A DNA stretch of 64,000 bases from a virus (Duplodnaviria > Heunggongvirae > Uroviricota > Caudoviricetes): the IMG/VR virus record IMGVR_UViG_3300006143_000002. One strand, 5' to 3'. Positions 18,362 to 26,750 of this stretch are shown piece after piece. How positions within the stretch are numbered: the stretch's first letter is position 1; the number at the start of each line of letters is the position of its first letter. The notes beneath the pieces are model-generated. The model did no database searches. It was given only the letters and a program-made list of their open reading frames with translations, and was not told the origin of the DNA. Position numbers and translations under genes: made by a program.

Positions 18362-20818
18362 TTATACTCCTCCATTTGCATAATATTCATTTCTTAATGA
18401 AATAATATTATCTTTTTTCCTTAGTTCAACTATCTTACTGATATTTTCTTTACCAATATTAATATTTTCTTTTATATTTTCACAAGTATAACCTGTTTCT
18501 GTTCTAGTTTTTATTTGTTTTTGCATAATTATACTTTCACCATCTTCTGCTAGTTCACATTGTTTTAAATCAGATAATTTTACAAAATCATTATTTATAT
18601 TATCTAATATTTTCATATACTCAACACATTTATCATCATATTTATCTTTAATAAATTTATAAAAATAATTCGCAGTTGCATTATATAGTTTTCTTAATTC
18701 TACATTTTTACCATTCATAGTCATTTCATAAACAGTCCTCATAGACTTCCAAAAAGAATAATAACTAAATTTAAGCTTTGTCATAAATGTTCCACATTCA
18801 ATTACAACGCCTTCTATATCTGTGTCTATTAATTCATTTTGATTTTTATGTTGTTCATAAAATTCAGTTAATTGCCTATATGTATCAAATTTAATATATA
18901 CTTGCTTATAATCTGTATCTTTTAATTTTAACGATTTAGCAATTTGCATTAATCCATCATAAGGTATCTTCTCAAAATCTACTTTATTATGAATTATATC
19001 TAATAAGACAACTCTACTTTCTTTTTCATCTATAATATGAGGGTCATTTTCTAAATCTATAACTTCAAATGTCATTGACATATTATTATTTTTTAGAAAT
19101 ACTGTAATATTGTCTATTTGTTCTTCTGTAAATGTATTATAAAATAAATTTTTAAAATACATTGCATATTCTCCACAATTTGAAGATTTACTATGAAATT
19201 GTAAATTATCATTATAATAACTTAAAATGCCCAAGAAACCATTATATTTTTTATAAGCAACAACTTCTTCATCTGTATCAAATAATCTCTTTAAATTAAA
19301 TAATCTACATGATTCTTGTTCGTTTATATTAAAGAACTTTTCATAACCTCTTGCTACTATTTTATTATTTACAGTATCTATAAATAAACCTCTTGCTTTA
19401 ACAGTTTCCTTATCCCATTTATCTTTTTCAAATGCTTTACGTGTAAAGTTGAATGATGATATTCCACCTTCTAATACACTTTCTCTTATATTTCTATTAT
19501 TTCTTAATCTATCTACAATATTTTCTATATTTATTTCTTGTGTATTTACTATTTGTTGGTGTTCTTCCCAAGATGTATCCCTATATAAGTCATTTTTTAT
19601 ACTATGGAAAAATATACCCTTATTTGTTAATTCTGCTACTTTTAGATTTCCACCAAATTCAACACCATCCTCTAATGAGAATGATAAAGGTAAATCTCTC
19701 ATTGGTTTTTCTGGTGCAATATATCTATGTCCGTGTATTTGTATTATTGATTTATTTTTCATGTTTTCTGTATATGATTCGTCAATAGGGAATTTGAAAG
19801 CTCCAACACCATGTATCATTTGACTTGTTGATATTAAAGGTAAATTATTTGGGATAGTATTCAATCCCCCATGACATACAAAATATGTTTGTCCTTTAAA
19901 GTTTATATAAGCCATTTGTCCTAGTTTTCTATAAAACTTTCTCATACTTGATGGGTCTATTGATTTAATTTGTGGTAATGTAAAGTTCATAAATTCTTTA
20001 CTTTTAATCTCGCTATCCAGTTCATTTGCCCAATACCAAATAAATCTTTCATGATTTCCTTCTAATAAAAGTACATTACTTTTTTGACATATACTAATAA
20101 TAAATTCTAATACTTCCTTATTTTGTAGTCCTCTATCTAAATAGTCCCCTACAAATATATAAGCATCTTCATCATTTAAAAATTGATGTAAATTTTGAGA
20201 ATTTACTTCTTCTTGATATTCTGTATATGTTTGTTTTAGTATATATTCTTTTAATGGGTTAAAACAACCATGAATATCTCCTATAATATGTATTCTTTTA
20301 TACTCATTAAAATCAAATTCTTTATTACTAAATGTTTCCCAAAACTTATCTCTAGGAATATCTACCCAACCACTTGTCTTTTCTTGAGTTTCAAATCTTG
20401 CATACATTTTATCAATTACTTCATCAGGAACTCTTTTATAGGCATTTCTTTGATGATTTCTTTCTATACATACTTCTTTTGGTACATCTGTAAATGATAC
20501 TACATACTTTCTATATCTATATGATTCACATAATGAATTATATCTACTAAAATCTGTTGAACGGCTATGTGTTGCATCTATTATAGTAAAATCTCCATTT
20601 TTCATTCTTTTCTCTAATAATTCATATAATAATGACCATATATAAGATTCATTTTCTTGTGATATAGTTGCATCTGTTCCATTTTCTGTCAATATTGGTG
20701 CAGATGCCATCATTCTTATATTATCTGGGCTTATTGTATATTGCTCTAAACCATTTTCTTTTATCCAGGTTGATTTACCTGAACCTGGGCATCCCCTTAA
20801 AACCACTAAATTTCTCAT
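18362..20818 (-). CDS. pnkp: trifunctional polynucleotide kinase / metallophosphatase / RNA ligase (bacterial Pnkp-like)
   Basis: P-loop GCPGSGKST. Calcineurin-like motifs GDIHG, GDYLDRG, GNHE. C-terminal covalent nucleotidyltransferase motifs I KYNG, III TFEVID, IV EGVVIE, V KLK in order. Start set at MRNLVV after RBS GAGAGGTAGG. The ORF-track N-terminal extension overlaps the promoter. Confidence 0.75.
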   Translation of the reverse strand: MRNLVVLRGCPGSGKSTWIKENGLEQYTISPDNIRMMASAPILTENGTDATISQENESYIWSLLYELLEKRMKNGDFTIIDATHSRSTDFSRYNSLCESYRYRKYVVSFTDVPKEVCIERNHQRNAYKRVPDEVIDKMYARFETQEKTSGWVDIPRDKFWETFSNKEFDFNEYKRIHIIGDIHGCFNPLKEYILKQTYTEYQEEVNSQNLHQFLNDEDAYIFVGDYLDRGLQNKEVLEFIISICQKSNVLLLEGNHERFIWYWANELDSEIKSKEFMNFTLPQIKSIDPSSMRKFYRKLGQMAYINFKGQTYFVCHGGLNTIPNNLPLISTSQMIHGVGAFKFPIDESYTENMKNKSIIQIHGHRYIAPEKPMRDLPLSFSLEDGVEFGGNLKVAELTNKGIFFHSIKNDLYRDTSWEEHQQIVNTQEINIENIVDRLRNNRNIRESVLEGGISSFNFTRKAFEKDKWDKETVKARGLFIDTVNNKIVARGYEKFFNINEQESCRLFNLKRLFDTDEEVVAYKKYNGFLGILSYYNDNLQFHSKSSNCGEYAMYFKNLFYNTFTEEQIDNITVFLKNNNMSMTFEVIDLENDPHIIDEKESRVVLLDIIHNKVDFEKIPYDGLMQIAKSLKLKDTDYKQVYIKFDTYRQLTEFYEQHKNQNELIDTDIEGVVIECGTFMTKLKFSYYSFWKSMRTVYEMTMNGKNVELRKLYNATANYFYKFIKDKYDDKCVEYMKILDNINNDFVKLSDLKQCELAEDGESIIMQKQIKTRTETGYTCENIKENINIGKENISKIVELRKKDNIISLRNEYYANGGV

Positions 20819-20836
20819 AAAATTTCCTACCTCTCT

Positions 20837-20865
20837 GTTTTTGTTTATTATATAATAAGTTTTAA
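20837..20865 (-). promoter_or_regulatory. consensus promoter (extended family member), drives pnkp
   Basis: Reverse complement reads CTTGACATATTTTAAAACTTATTATATAAT. Confidence 0.6.
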
Positions 20866-20881
20866 AATATGTCAAGTATTT

Positions 20882-21112
20882 TTATAACTTTTTTAAATCT
20901 TCTATTAAATCAGTTCCATTATTACTATGAAATAGTGCATCTAAATCATGGTCAATACATATTTCTTTATTAGAATCAAATAACTCTGTATCTATATTAC
21001 TATTATCTAACCATGAATATAACTCACTTTCCAATAATGTTAATTTACTTCCTATTTCCTCTATCTCTGTAATCAAATCTAGTATTCTTTTTGGTATCTT
21101 CATTATCATCAC
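20882..21112 (-). CDS. hypothetical small protein
   Basis: 76-aa ORF. Confidence 0.25.
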   Translation of the reverse strand: MMIMKIPKRILDLITEIEEIGSKLTLLESELYSWLDNSNIDTELFDSNKEICIDHDLDALFHSNNGTDLIEDLKKL

Positions 21113-21114
21113 CT

Positions 21115-21747
21115 TTATTTATTTCTATCCTTATAAACATCTTCATACATCTTTCTCCACAAATTGTAACCATCTGCTTCTCCACCTCGTTTATAATGTC
21201 CCATCGTTGGTATCCAAATACAATCATAATCATATACTAATTCATAACTATTAGAAGTTATTATAATATGTATATCAATATTTTTTTCTTTACAATCATC
21301 TAATATCAACCTGAATAATGACCTATAAGTAAGCATTAAATCTATACTAACACCACTATCACAACCATCAATTAAAATATATCCTTCTTTAATATTACCA
21401 TCAACTAATTGTCTTACATAATCACCTATCTTTGGAACATTTATATCTACAAGTGTATCAAATACTCTTTGCCCCTCAGAACTTACTATATGTTTTGCTA
21501 ATGACTGCATATCACCTGATAATGTAAAACTATCTGCTTTATGTTTTCCTTCTTCATACACATTTACATTTATATATTTCTTTTTCTGCTCATCTAAATA
21601 ATCACAAATTTGGGTACAAGCATAAGTCTTTCCACTACCATTAGGTCCTGTTAAAACAGTTACCCCTGAATTTATTTCAATATCTTTTACATTATAACAT
21701 TTACCCTCTAATTTAAACTTTATCATTAAAAACTGCCTCCTATACAT
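21115..21747 (-). CDS. P-loop ATPase
   Basis: Walker A VLTGPNGSGKT and a Walker B-like ILIDGCDSG. Confidence 0.45.
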   Translation of the reverse strand: MYRRQFLMIKFKLEGKCYNVKDIEINSGVTVLTGPNGSGKTYACTQICDYLDEQKKKYINVNVYEEGKHKADSFTLSGDMQSLAKHIVSSEGQRVFDTLVDINVPKIGDYVRQLVDGNIKEGYILIDGCDSGVSIDLMLTYRSLFRLILDDCKEKNIDIHIIITSNSYELVYDYDCIWIPTMGHYKRGGEADGYNLWRKMYEDVYKDRNK

Positions 21748-21897
21748 GCTAAAATTCCTATAATACTTATCACTATTGCAGATATTCCAGCAAAATCTTC
21801 CATACCTGCAGCAACATCGTCTTTATATTTATATAATATTCCATTTCCTATTATAAATATTATAATACATATAATTATTCCTAATACTCTATTCATC

Positions 21898-22803
21898 TTA
21901 TTTTCCTCCTTTTTCTTCTGGATTTAATATTATATTCCTTTGTAATTTTGGCTTATCCTTTGCCTTTACATAACTTTCAATAAATACAATTTTACCATCT
22001 TTGTAATGTCTATAATGCCCTTTAACATCAAATTGATGAGAATATTCAAATCCTTCCCTTCTTTTAATCATAGTTTGTACTTTTGATTGAGGTGCTTTAG
22101 ATAAATCATAAAAACTTGTTGTAATAATCTTAGTATTTGATACTTTTTTAGGTCTTTTTCTATTTAAAATAGTATCTTTTACTTCTTCTTTAGACAACTG
22201 TTGTTCATATCTATATTTATTTTTATATAAAGTCATATACCACATTGCACTAATAAATAAACCTGTATATATCATCATCATTGAATTTTGGAACTCATGT
22301 TCTCCATCTATTGCACATGAAGCATTTTCTATAATAATTGTATTGCCAATCCCACTAATATCTCCCAAAGATGATAACAACTTATAATCAACATCTCTAT
22401 ATTTCTGCAATGGAATATTTATTATTTGCTGTTCTGTTATACTTGAAAATATAGTTATGTTTGGAAGATTATCTATAAACTTGTAACTTATAACTATATC
22501 ATTTAACATAACTGAATATACATCACGTTCTAATTCTTCTTCAATTACTCTATATGTTGTTTTGCATTCCTTAGCCATCTTCTTTATAAATTCACTTTTA
22601 CAATTATTTATAAATTCACAAGGTATATTAGAAATAGTTATATATCCTTCTTCAAATACTTTTGGAATATCACTTAATCTAGTATTTGAAATATCTTCAC
22701 AATACCACTTTAAAAATGGTATTGTCTTATTACTTGGAATACTTATTATAGGTAAATTATAATCTATTTTTAAATTTTTATTAAATTGTGCTTTATTACT
22801 CAT
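21898..22803 (-). CDS. hypothetical protein
   Basis: 301-aa ORF, no motif recognised. Confidence 0.35.
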   Translation of the reverse strand: MSNKAQFNKNLKIDYNLPIISIPSNKTIPFLKWYCEDISNTRLSDIPKVFEEGYITISNIPCEFINNCKSEFIKKMAKECKTTYRVIEEELERDVYSVMLNDIVISYKFIDNLPNITIFSSITEQQIINIPLQKYRDVDYKLLSSLGDISGIGNTIIIENASCAIDGEHEFQNSMMMIYTGLFISAMWYMTLYKNKYRYEQQLSKEEVKDTILNRKRPKKVSNTKIITTSFYDLSKAPQSKVQTMIKRREGFEYSHQFDVKGHYRHYKDGKIVFIESYVKAKDKPKLQRNIILNPEEKGGK

Positions 22804-22978
22804 ATCTACACAACTCCTTTAAATATGTATCATAATCTATGCTTTTCAATCTATTCTTAATAAACTTATATCTATCTCTTTGTATATAATCTCCACAATT
22901 TCCATCCTTACTTTCAGTTACATTACAAAATGGAAATTTACTACAAGTTCTGCACTTATTACATATAAAATTACTCAT
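22796..22978 (-). CDS. small Cys-rich protein
   Basis: [13 protein letters not shown]. Confidence 0.3.
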   Translation of the reverse strand: MSNFICNKCRTCSKFPFCNVTESKDGNCGDYIQRDRYKFIKNRLKSIDYDTYLKELCRYE

Positions 22979-23876
22979 AGCTACCTCCTAATCTTGATGG
23001 GTGTCTTAATTTCCTAAATGCCCTTGCTTCTATTTGTCTTATTCTTTCTTTTGTTACACCTAGTTGCCTTCCTGTATCTTCTAATGTATATGGTGCATTA
23101 TTTAAACTTGTTCCATCTTTTATTTTTGGTATATCTTTATAATATATATCTGGTAATAGACCATACCTGTACTTTAATACAAAAGATTCTCTTGTTGTAA
23201 GTGTATTATTCAAATGATATATTAACTTTTGTACTATTCTAGAATTATTTTCTATTTTATCTATCTCATTAAGTATAAATTCATCATTTATTATATCTAC
23301 AGTAGTATTACTATATGTATCATCTATATATTCTTCTATTTTACTTGAATTTTGATTATGTATTATTTTTGCATGGTCAAACAAGTGCATTGTTCTTGCA
23401 AAACCTTTATTTCTATTATCTAACATTCTCATTTGATATTCAATTTCCAAATCTTTATCTTCCATAAAATAATCATTAGGATACTTTTTTCTATAATCTG
23501 CTATTGCTTCCTTTATATATTCTTCGTCTGTTTTACTTTCATATACTTTATGAAAGTAACCTCTATCTGTAATTTTATTTCTATAATATAAGTTAGATGC
23601 TAAACAATTAGAAGAATCACCATCTTTAAAATCAACAACATCTAAACCATCTTTATTATCTACAAAATATTCTGCAACTAAATTAGCAAGGTCTATTAAT
23701 CTAAAACCTTTTCGAGTACCTGTTCTCAAATATACTTTTGTTCTAGAACCTCCCGATGTAGATAAAGTATAATGTTTTAAATATTTACCTGTTGATTTTT
23801 CTCTAACTATACTCATATTAGATACTTCATAATCTTGGTTGTTTTCGATTGTTTTCCACTCTATCATAAACCTCAC
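22971..23876 (-). CDS. sigma-70 region-4 domain protein with an N-terminal NUMOD4-like motif
   Basis: C-terminus [15 protein letters not shown]...[29 protein letters not shown] is a near-textbook sigma region 4.1/4.2. N-terminus [20 protein letters not shown] resembles the NUMOD4 motif of homing endonucleases. Confidence 0.55.
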   Translation of the reverse strand: MRFMIEWKTIENNQDYEVSNMSIVREKSTGKYLKHYTLSTSGGSRTKVYLRTGTRKGFRLIDLANLVAEYFVDNKDGLDVVDFKDGDSSNCLASNLYYRNKITDRGYFHKVYESKTDEEYIKEAIADYRKKYPNDYFMEDKDLEIEYQMRMLDNRNKGFARTMHLFDHAKIIHNQNSSKIEEYIDDTYSNTTVDIINDEFILNEIDKIENNSRIVQKLIYHLNNTLTTRESFVLKYRYGLLPDIYYKDIPKIKDGTSLNNAPYTLEDTGRQLGVTKERIRQIEARAFRKLRHPSRLGGSYE

Positions 23877-23902
23877 CTTCTTATATTATAATCTTATATA
23901 TT

Positions 23903-23977
23903 TGGCAGGAGTGCTAGGATTTGAACCCAGACAAACAGTTTTGGAGACTGCTGTGCTACCATTAACACTACACTCCT
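23903..23977 (-). tRNA. tRNA-Trp (anticodon CCA)
   Basis: 75-nt cloverleaf folded by hand: 7-bp acceptor AGGAGTG/CACTCCT, D-stem GTGT/GCAC, anticodon stem GCAGT/ACTGT with loop CTCCAAA, T-arm CTGGG-TTCAAAT-CCTAG, discriminator G and encoded CCA. Confidence 0.65.
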
Positions 23978-23986
23978 ATATAGGGT

Positions 23987-24062
23987 TGGAGCTTCATATT
24001 GGATTCGAACCAATGGTCACAGATTTGCAATCTGTTGCCTTAACCAACTTGGCTAATGAAGC
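23987..24062 (-). tRNA. tRNA-Cys (anticodon GCA)
   Basis: 76 nt: acceptor GCTTCAT/ATGAAGC, anticodon stem ACAGA/TCTGT with loop TTGCAAA, T-arm ATTGG-TTCGAAT-CCAAT, encoded CCA. Confidence 0.65.
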
Positions 24063-24086
24063 ATATAATTTGGTGGGTTAAGCCCA

Positions 24087-24875
24087 CTACTCTTCTTCTG
24101 GTACTAATAAAAATTTATCTATAAAATCTCTATCTTTATTAAATAATGGTATTTCTGTATCACAGAATATTCCCTCATCTTTTCTATATACACAAAATCC
24201 TCTTTTCCATTTAGTTTCTAAATTATTCCAATTTATATTGTACTTTTCCATTAACATATCTTGTATATCACTTGTATTTTTCTTATCAAGTTGTTTTTGA
24301 CTAAACTTTGATTGTCCTAGTGATTGTATTGAGTTTCTTGATGCATCTTGTTGCCTCCATAAAAAGTAATTACATACATCTTCCTTTGGTATATTAAATG
24401 CTCTTGCATCAAACATTGCTATACCCATTTTCTTTTGCCATTTATTAAATAAGTCTAAATTCTCTGGTTCATCTGAATTTGCATAACCAGACCAAGCTAA
24501 TACCTTTTGTGTTACAAACTTATTAAAATACATTGTTGCTGCTGATGCTATTACTGAACATACCTTTTGTAATCTATAATCAAAATAACTATCAGTAGTT
24601 AATTTATCCCAGTCTGTTAATAATAAACTTATCTCATCAGACTGTGTATATGCTAACTTGCACCCTTGAACACTCAATATAAGATTTTCACAAACATATT
24701 GCATTACTTGTGATAGTATTTCATCAAATGGTTTATCTAAACCTCTTGTAAATGTGTGGAATGCTTTACCATCTATTCTTACTATAACAGGTGTTCTTTT
24801 TGTAAGTTTAACATCTGATACAGATTCATAATCTTTCATTCTATCACTTAATGTTTTTATCTTTGAATTTGACAT
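24087..24875 (-). CDS. thg1: Thg1-like protein (tRNA 3'-5' nucleotidyltransferase, TLP)
   Basis: Collinear matches to the Thg1 family: VIVRIDGKAFHTFT, KPFD, LAYTQSDEISLLL, FDARAFNIPKEDVCNYFLWRQQDASRNSI, KYNINWNNLETKWKRG. Confidence 0.8.
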   Translation of the reverse strand: MSNSKIKTLSDRMKDYESVSDVKLTKRTPVIVRIDGKAFHTFTRGLDKPFDEILSQVMQYVCENLILSVQGCKLAYTQSDEISLLLTDWDKLTTDSYFDYRLQKVCSVIASAATMYFNKFVTQKVLAWSGYANSDEPENLDLFNKWQKKMGIAMFDARAFNIPKEDVCNYFLWRQQDASRNSIQSLGQSKFSQKQLDKKNTSDIQDMLMEKYNINWNNLETKWKRGFCVYRKDEGIFCDTEIPLFNKDRDFIDKFLLVPEEE

Positions 24876-24918
24876 TATATACTCCTCCTTAAAACTATTA
24901 TTTACTTATTATACCTAT

Positions 24919-24947
24919 ATTATACTATAAGTTTTAAAATATGTCAA
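24919..24947 (-). promoter_or_regulatory. consensus promoter (extended family), drives the Thg1-like gene
   Basis: Reverse complement reads CCTTGACATATTTTAAAACTTATAGTATAAT. Confidence 0.6.
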
Positions 24948-24970
24948 GGGTTTTTTCAAAATTTATTAAA

Positions 24971-25021
24971 AAATTTAAGACAGTTGAAATTTATACTTAT
25001 AAACTTATATCAACTGTCTAT
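24971..25021 (-). terminator. hairpin terminator (9-bp stem GACAGTTGA/TCAACTGTC, 22-nt loop)
   Basis: Follows the stop of the nucleotidyltransferase gene, then TTAAATTTTTTAAT, just before the promoter at 24919..24947. Confidence 0.4.
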
Positions 25022-25057
25022 CTAAAATAGTTTCTAGGGAAACCTGATAAAGAAGAA

Positions 25058-25861
25058 CTATATTGTAAAATCATAATTTAAAGCTTTCTCATTTATATCT
25101 ATCAACCATTTATTTATTTTATGATAATCTGGTGTCTTTTGTAATGTACTTTCATCATAGTATTGGTGTATCTCTTTATCTAATCTGTCAAACATATCAA
25201 ATATTTCTTCTAATGTATATTTTCCTGCTCTTATATCTAATAATAATTTTCTCTCTTCTTCTGGTCTGTAAGAACAATAATCATGTGTTAATAATATTTG
25301 TTTTGCACAATATAGTAATCTTATAGCATGATAAGCAAATTTAGTATCATAACCAAATTTTTCAACTAAATCTTGTCTGCCAGTTCCATTTTGCTTCTTT
25401 ATATCTAGTTTATACCTTTGTGACATTGCAAATCCACAAAACTTTTTATATATTTCCTTAGATAAAAATTCTTTTCTTATACTTCTTAACTCTTTTCCAA
25501 AATCATCTATATGAATTATATCTTCATCTCTACAAAATAGTATATCAATATTATTTGGTACACCTTGCATAGCGTCTCTAACAAATTTATTTATATGGCA
25601 TATTACTATATCAATATCTTCTTTTGTATTATGTTCTCCAAAATTTTTACCACCAGACTTATTATATTCATTTATAGATTTTAATCCTAAATAATATTCT
25701 TTTGGTGGAATACATACACCCTTATAATCAGTATCAGATGTTTCTACATTTGTTCCATATATAACTGAACCTGCTTTAGTTAATAATATTGTTCTGTCTT
25801 CCAACCACATCATATTATCTGGTAGAACATGTTCTATATCTTTAAAACTAACTTTTGCCAT
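25058..25861 (-). CDS. Pol-beta-superfamily nucleotidyltransferase (RlaP / PF10127-like, RNA-repair-associated type)
   Basis: GSVIYGTNVETSDTDYKGV matches the hG[GS]...SDxD nucleotidyltransferase signature. 267 aa. Adjacent to the Thg1-like gene. Confidence 0.5.
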   Translation of the reverse strand: MAKVSFKDIEHVLPDNMMWLEDRTILLTKAGSVIYGTNVETSDTDYKGVCIPPKEYYLGLKSINEYNKSGGKNFGEHNTKEDIDIVICHINKFVRDAMQGVPNNIDILFCRDEDIIHIDDFGKELRSIRKEFLSKEIYKKFCGFAMSQRYKLDIKKQNGTGRQDLVEKFGYDTKFAYHAIRLLYCAKQILLTHDYCSYRPEEERKLLLDIRAGKYTLEEIFDMFDRLDKEIHQYYDESTLQKTPDYHKINKWLIDINEKALNYDFTI

Positions 25862-25872
25862 TTATATCACCT

Positions 25873-26679
25873 CTATTTACTTATATTGAATAAAGCTGAA
25901 GTATTCTCACCCATCATAGTAGTAGGGAATTGTCCATTCCATTTTTCAATCATTTTTTGTTTAATTTCTAATTCTTTTAATTGTAATGTCTTATCTGTTA
26001 TTTGATTATTTTGTAGTTCCATTACTTTTGCATCTTTTTCTGCAATACTTATTTCCTTTTCATTTTGAATTTTTTGTTTTTCTAATTCTGCTTGTGCAGT
26101 TACTACCTCTTGTTGTTTAACTGCTTTTGCTTCTATTGCTGCGTTAAAAGCATCACTAAAATCTATATTTGTTGTATTAAATTCTGTTATAGTAATTCCT
26201 CTACTATCTATTTTATTTGTTAATGATTCTCTAATCATTGAAGATACTTCTGCTCTTTTTGTTATTAACTCTTCTGCTGTATATTGTGCCATTACACTCT
26301 TAACACTCTCTAATATAGCAGGATTTATAACTATATTTTCAAAGTCTGTACCAACCTCTCTATATAATTTATTTGCTGTGTCTTTTCTTACATTATAATT
26401 TAATGCTATTGTTACTGATACTGTTTGTAAATCTTTGGTGCTACTTTCAGATGTAGCATCTATTTTCTTTGTTTTGCAATCTACTAATACAATTTTTTCT
26501 ATAAATGGTATTTTACCATTTAGTCCTTCTTGTAATACATCGTTCTGTACTTTCCCAAATTGGGTCTTTACACCAACACATCCTGTTGGAATTGTTTTAA
26601 ATGAATTAAATAATACTATTACTGCAACTATTAAAATTATACCTAATACAATCCATTTAATTGTCTTTCTGTTTTCCAT
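25873..26679 (-). CDS. SPFH / Band-7 (prohibitin/HflK-like) membrane protein
   Basis: N-terminal TM helix, then GCVGVKTQFGKVQNDVLQEGLNGKIPFIEKI, the start of an SPFH domain, and a C-terminal coiled-coil. Confidence 0.6.
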   Translation of the reverse strand: MENRKTIKWIVLGIILIVAVIVLFNSFKTIPTGCVGVKTQFGKVQNDVLQEGLNGKIPFIEKIVLVDCKTKKIDATSESSTKDLQTVSVTIALNYNVRKDTANKLYREVGTDFENIVINPAILESVKSVMAQYTAEELITKRAEVSSMIRESLTNKIDSRGITITEFNTTNIDFSDAFNAAIEAKAVKQQEVVTAQAELEKQKIQNEKEISIAEKDAKVMELQNNQITDKTLQLKELEIKQKMIEKWNGQFPTTMMGENTSALFNISK

Positions 26680-26750
26680 TTAACATCTACCTCCAAATTA
26701 AATTTTGTTGACAGAATTTTTAAAACAACTCTGTCAACATTAATAACATC

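Noticed and set aside
20819-20875. N-terminal extensions MTYFKT(Y/C)II... on the pnkp ORF and on the 53115..55694 ORF
   Set aside because: Both extensions are the translation of the shared promoter sequence (TATAAT...TTGACA). Real starts follow strong RBSs at 20818 and 55634
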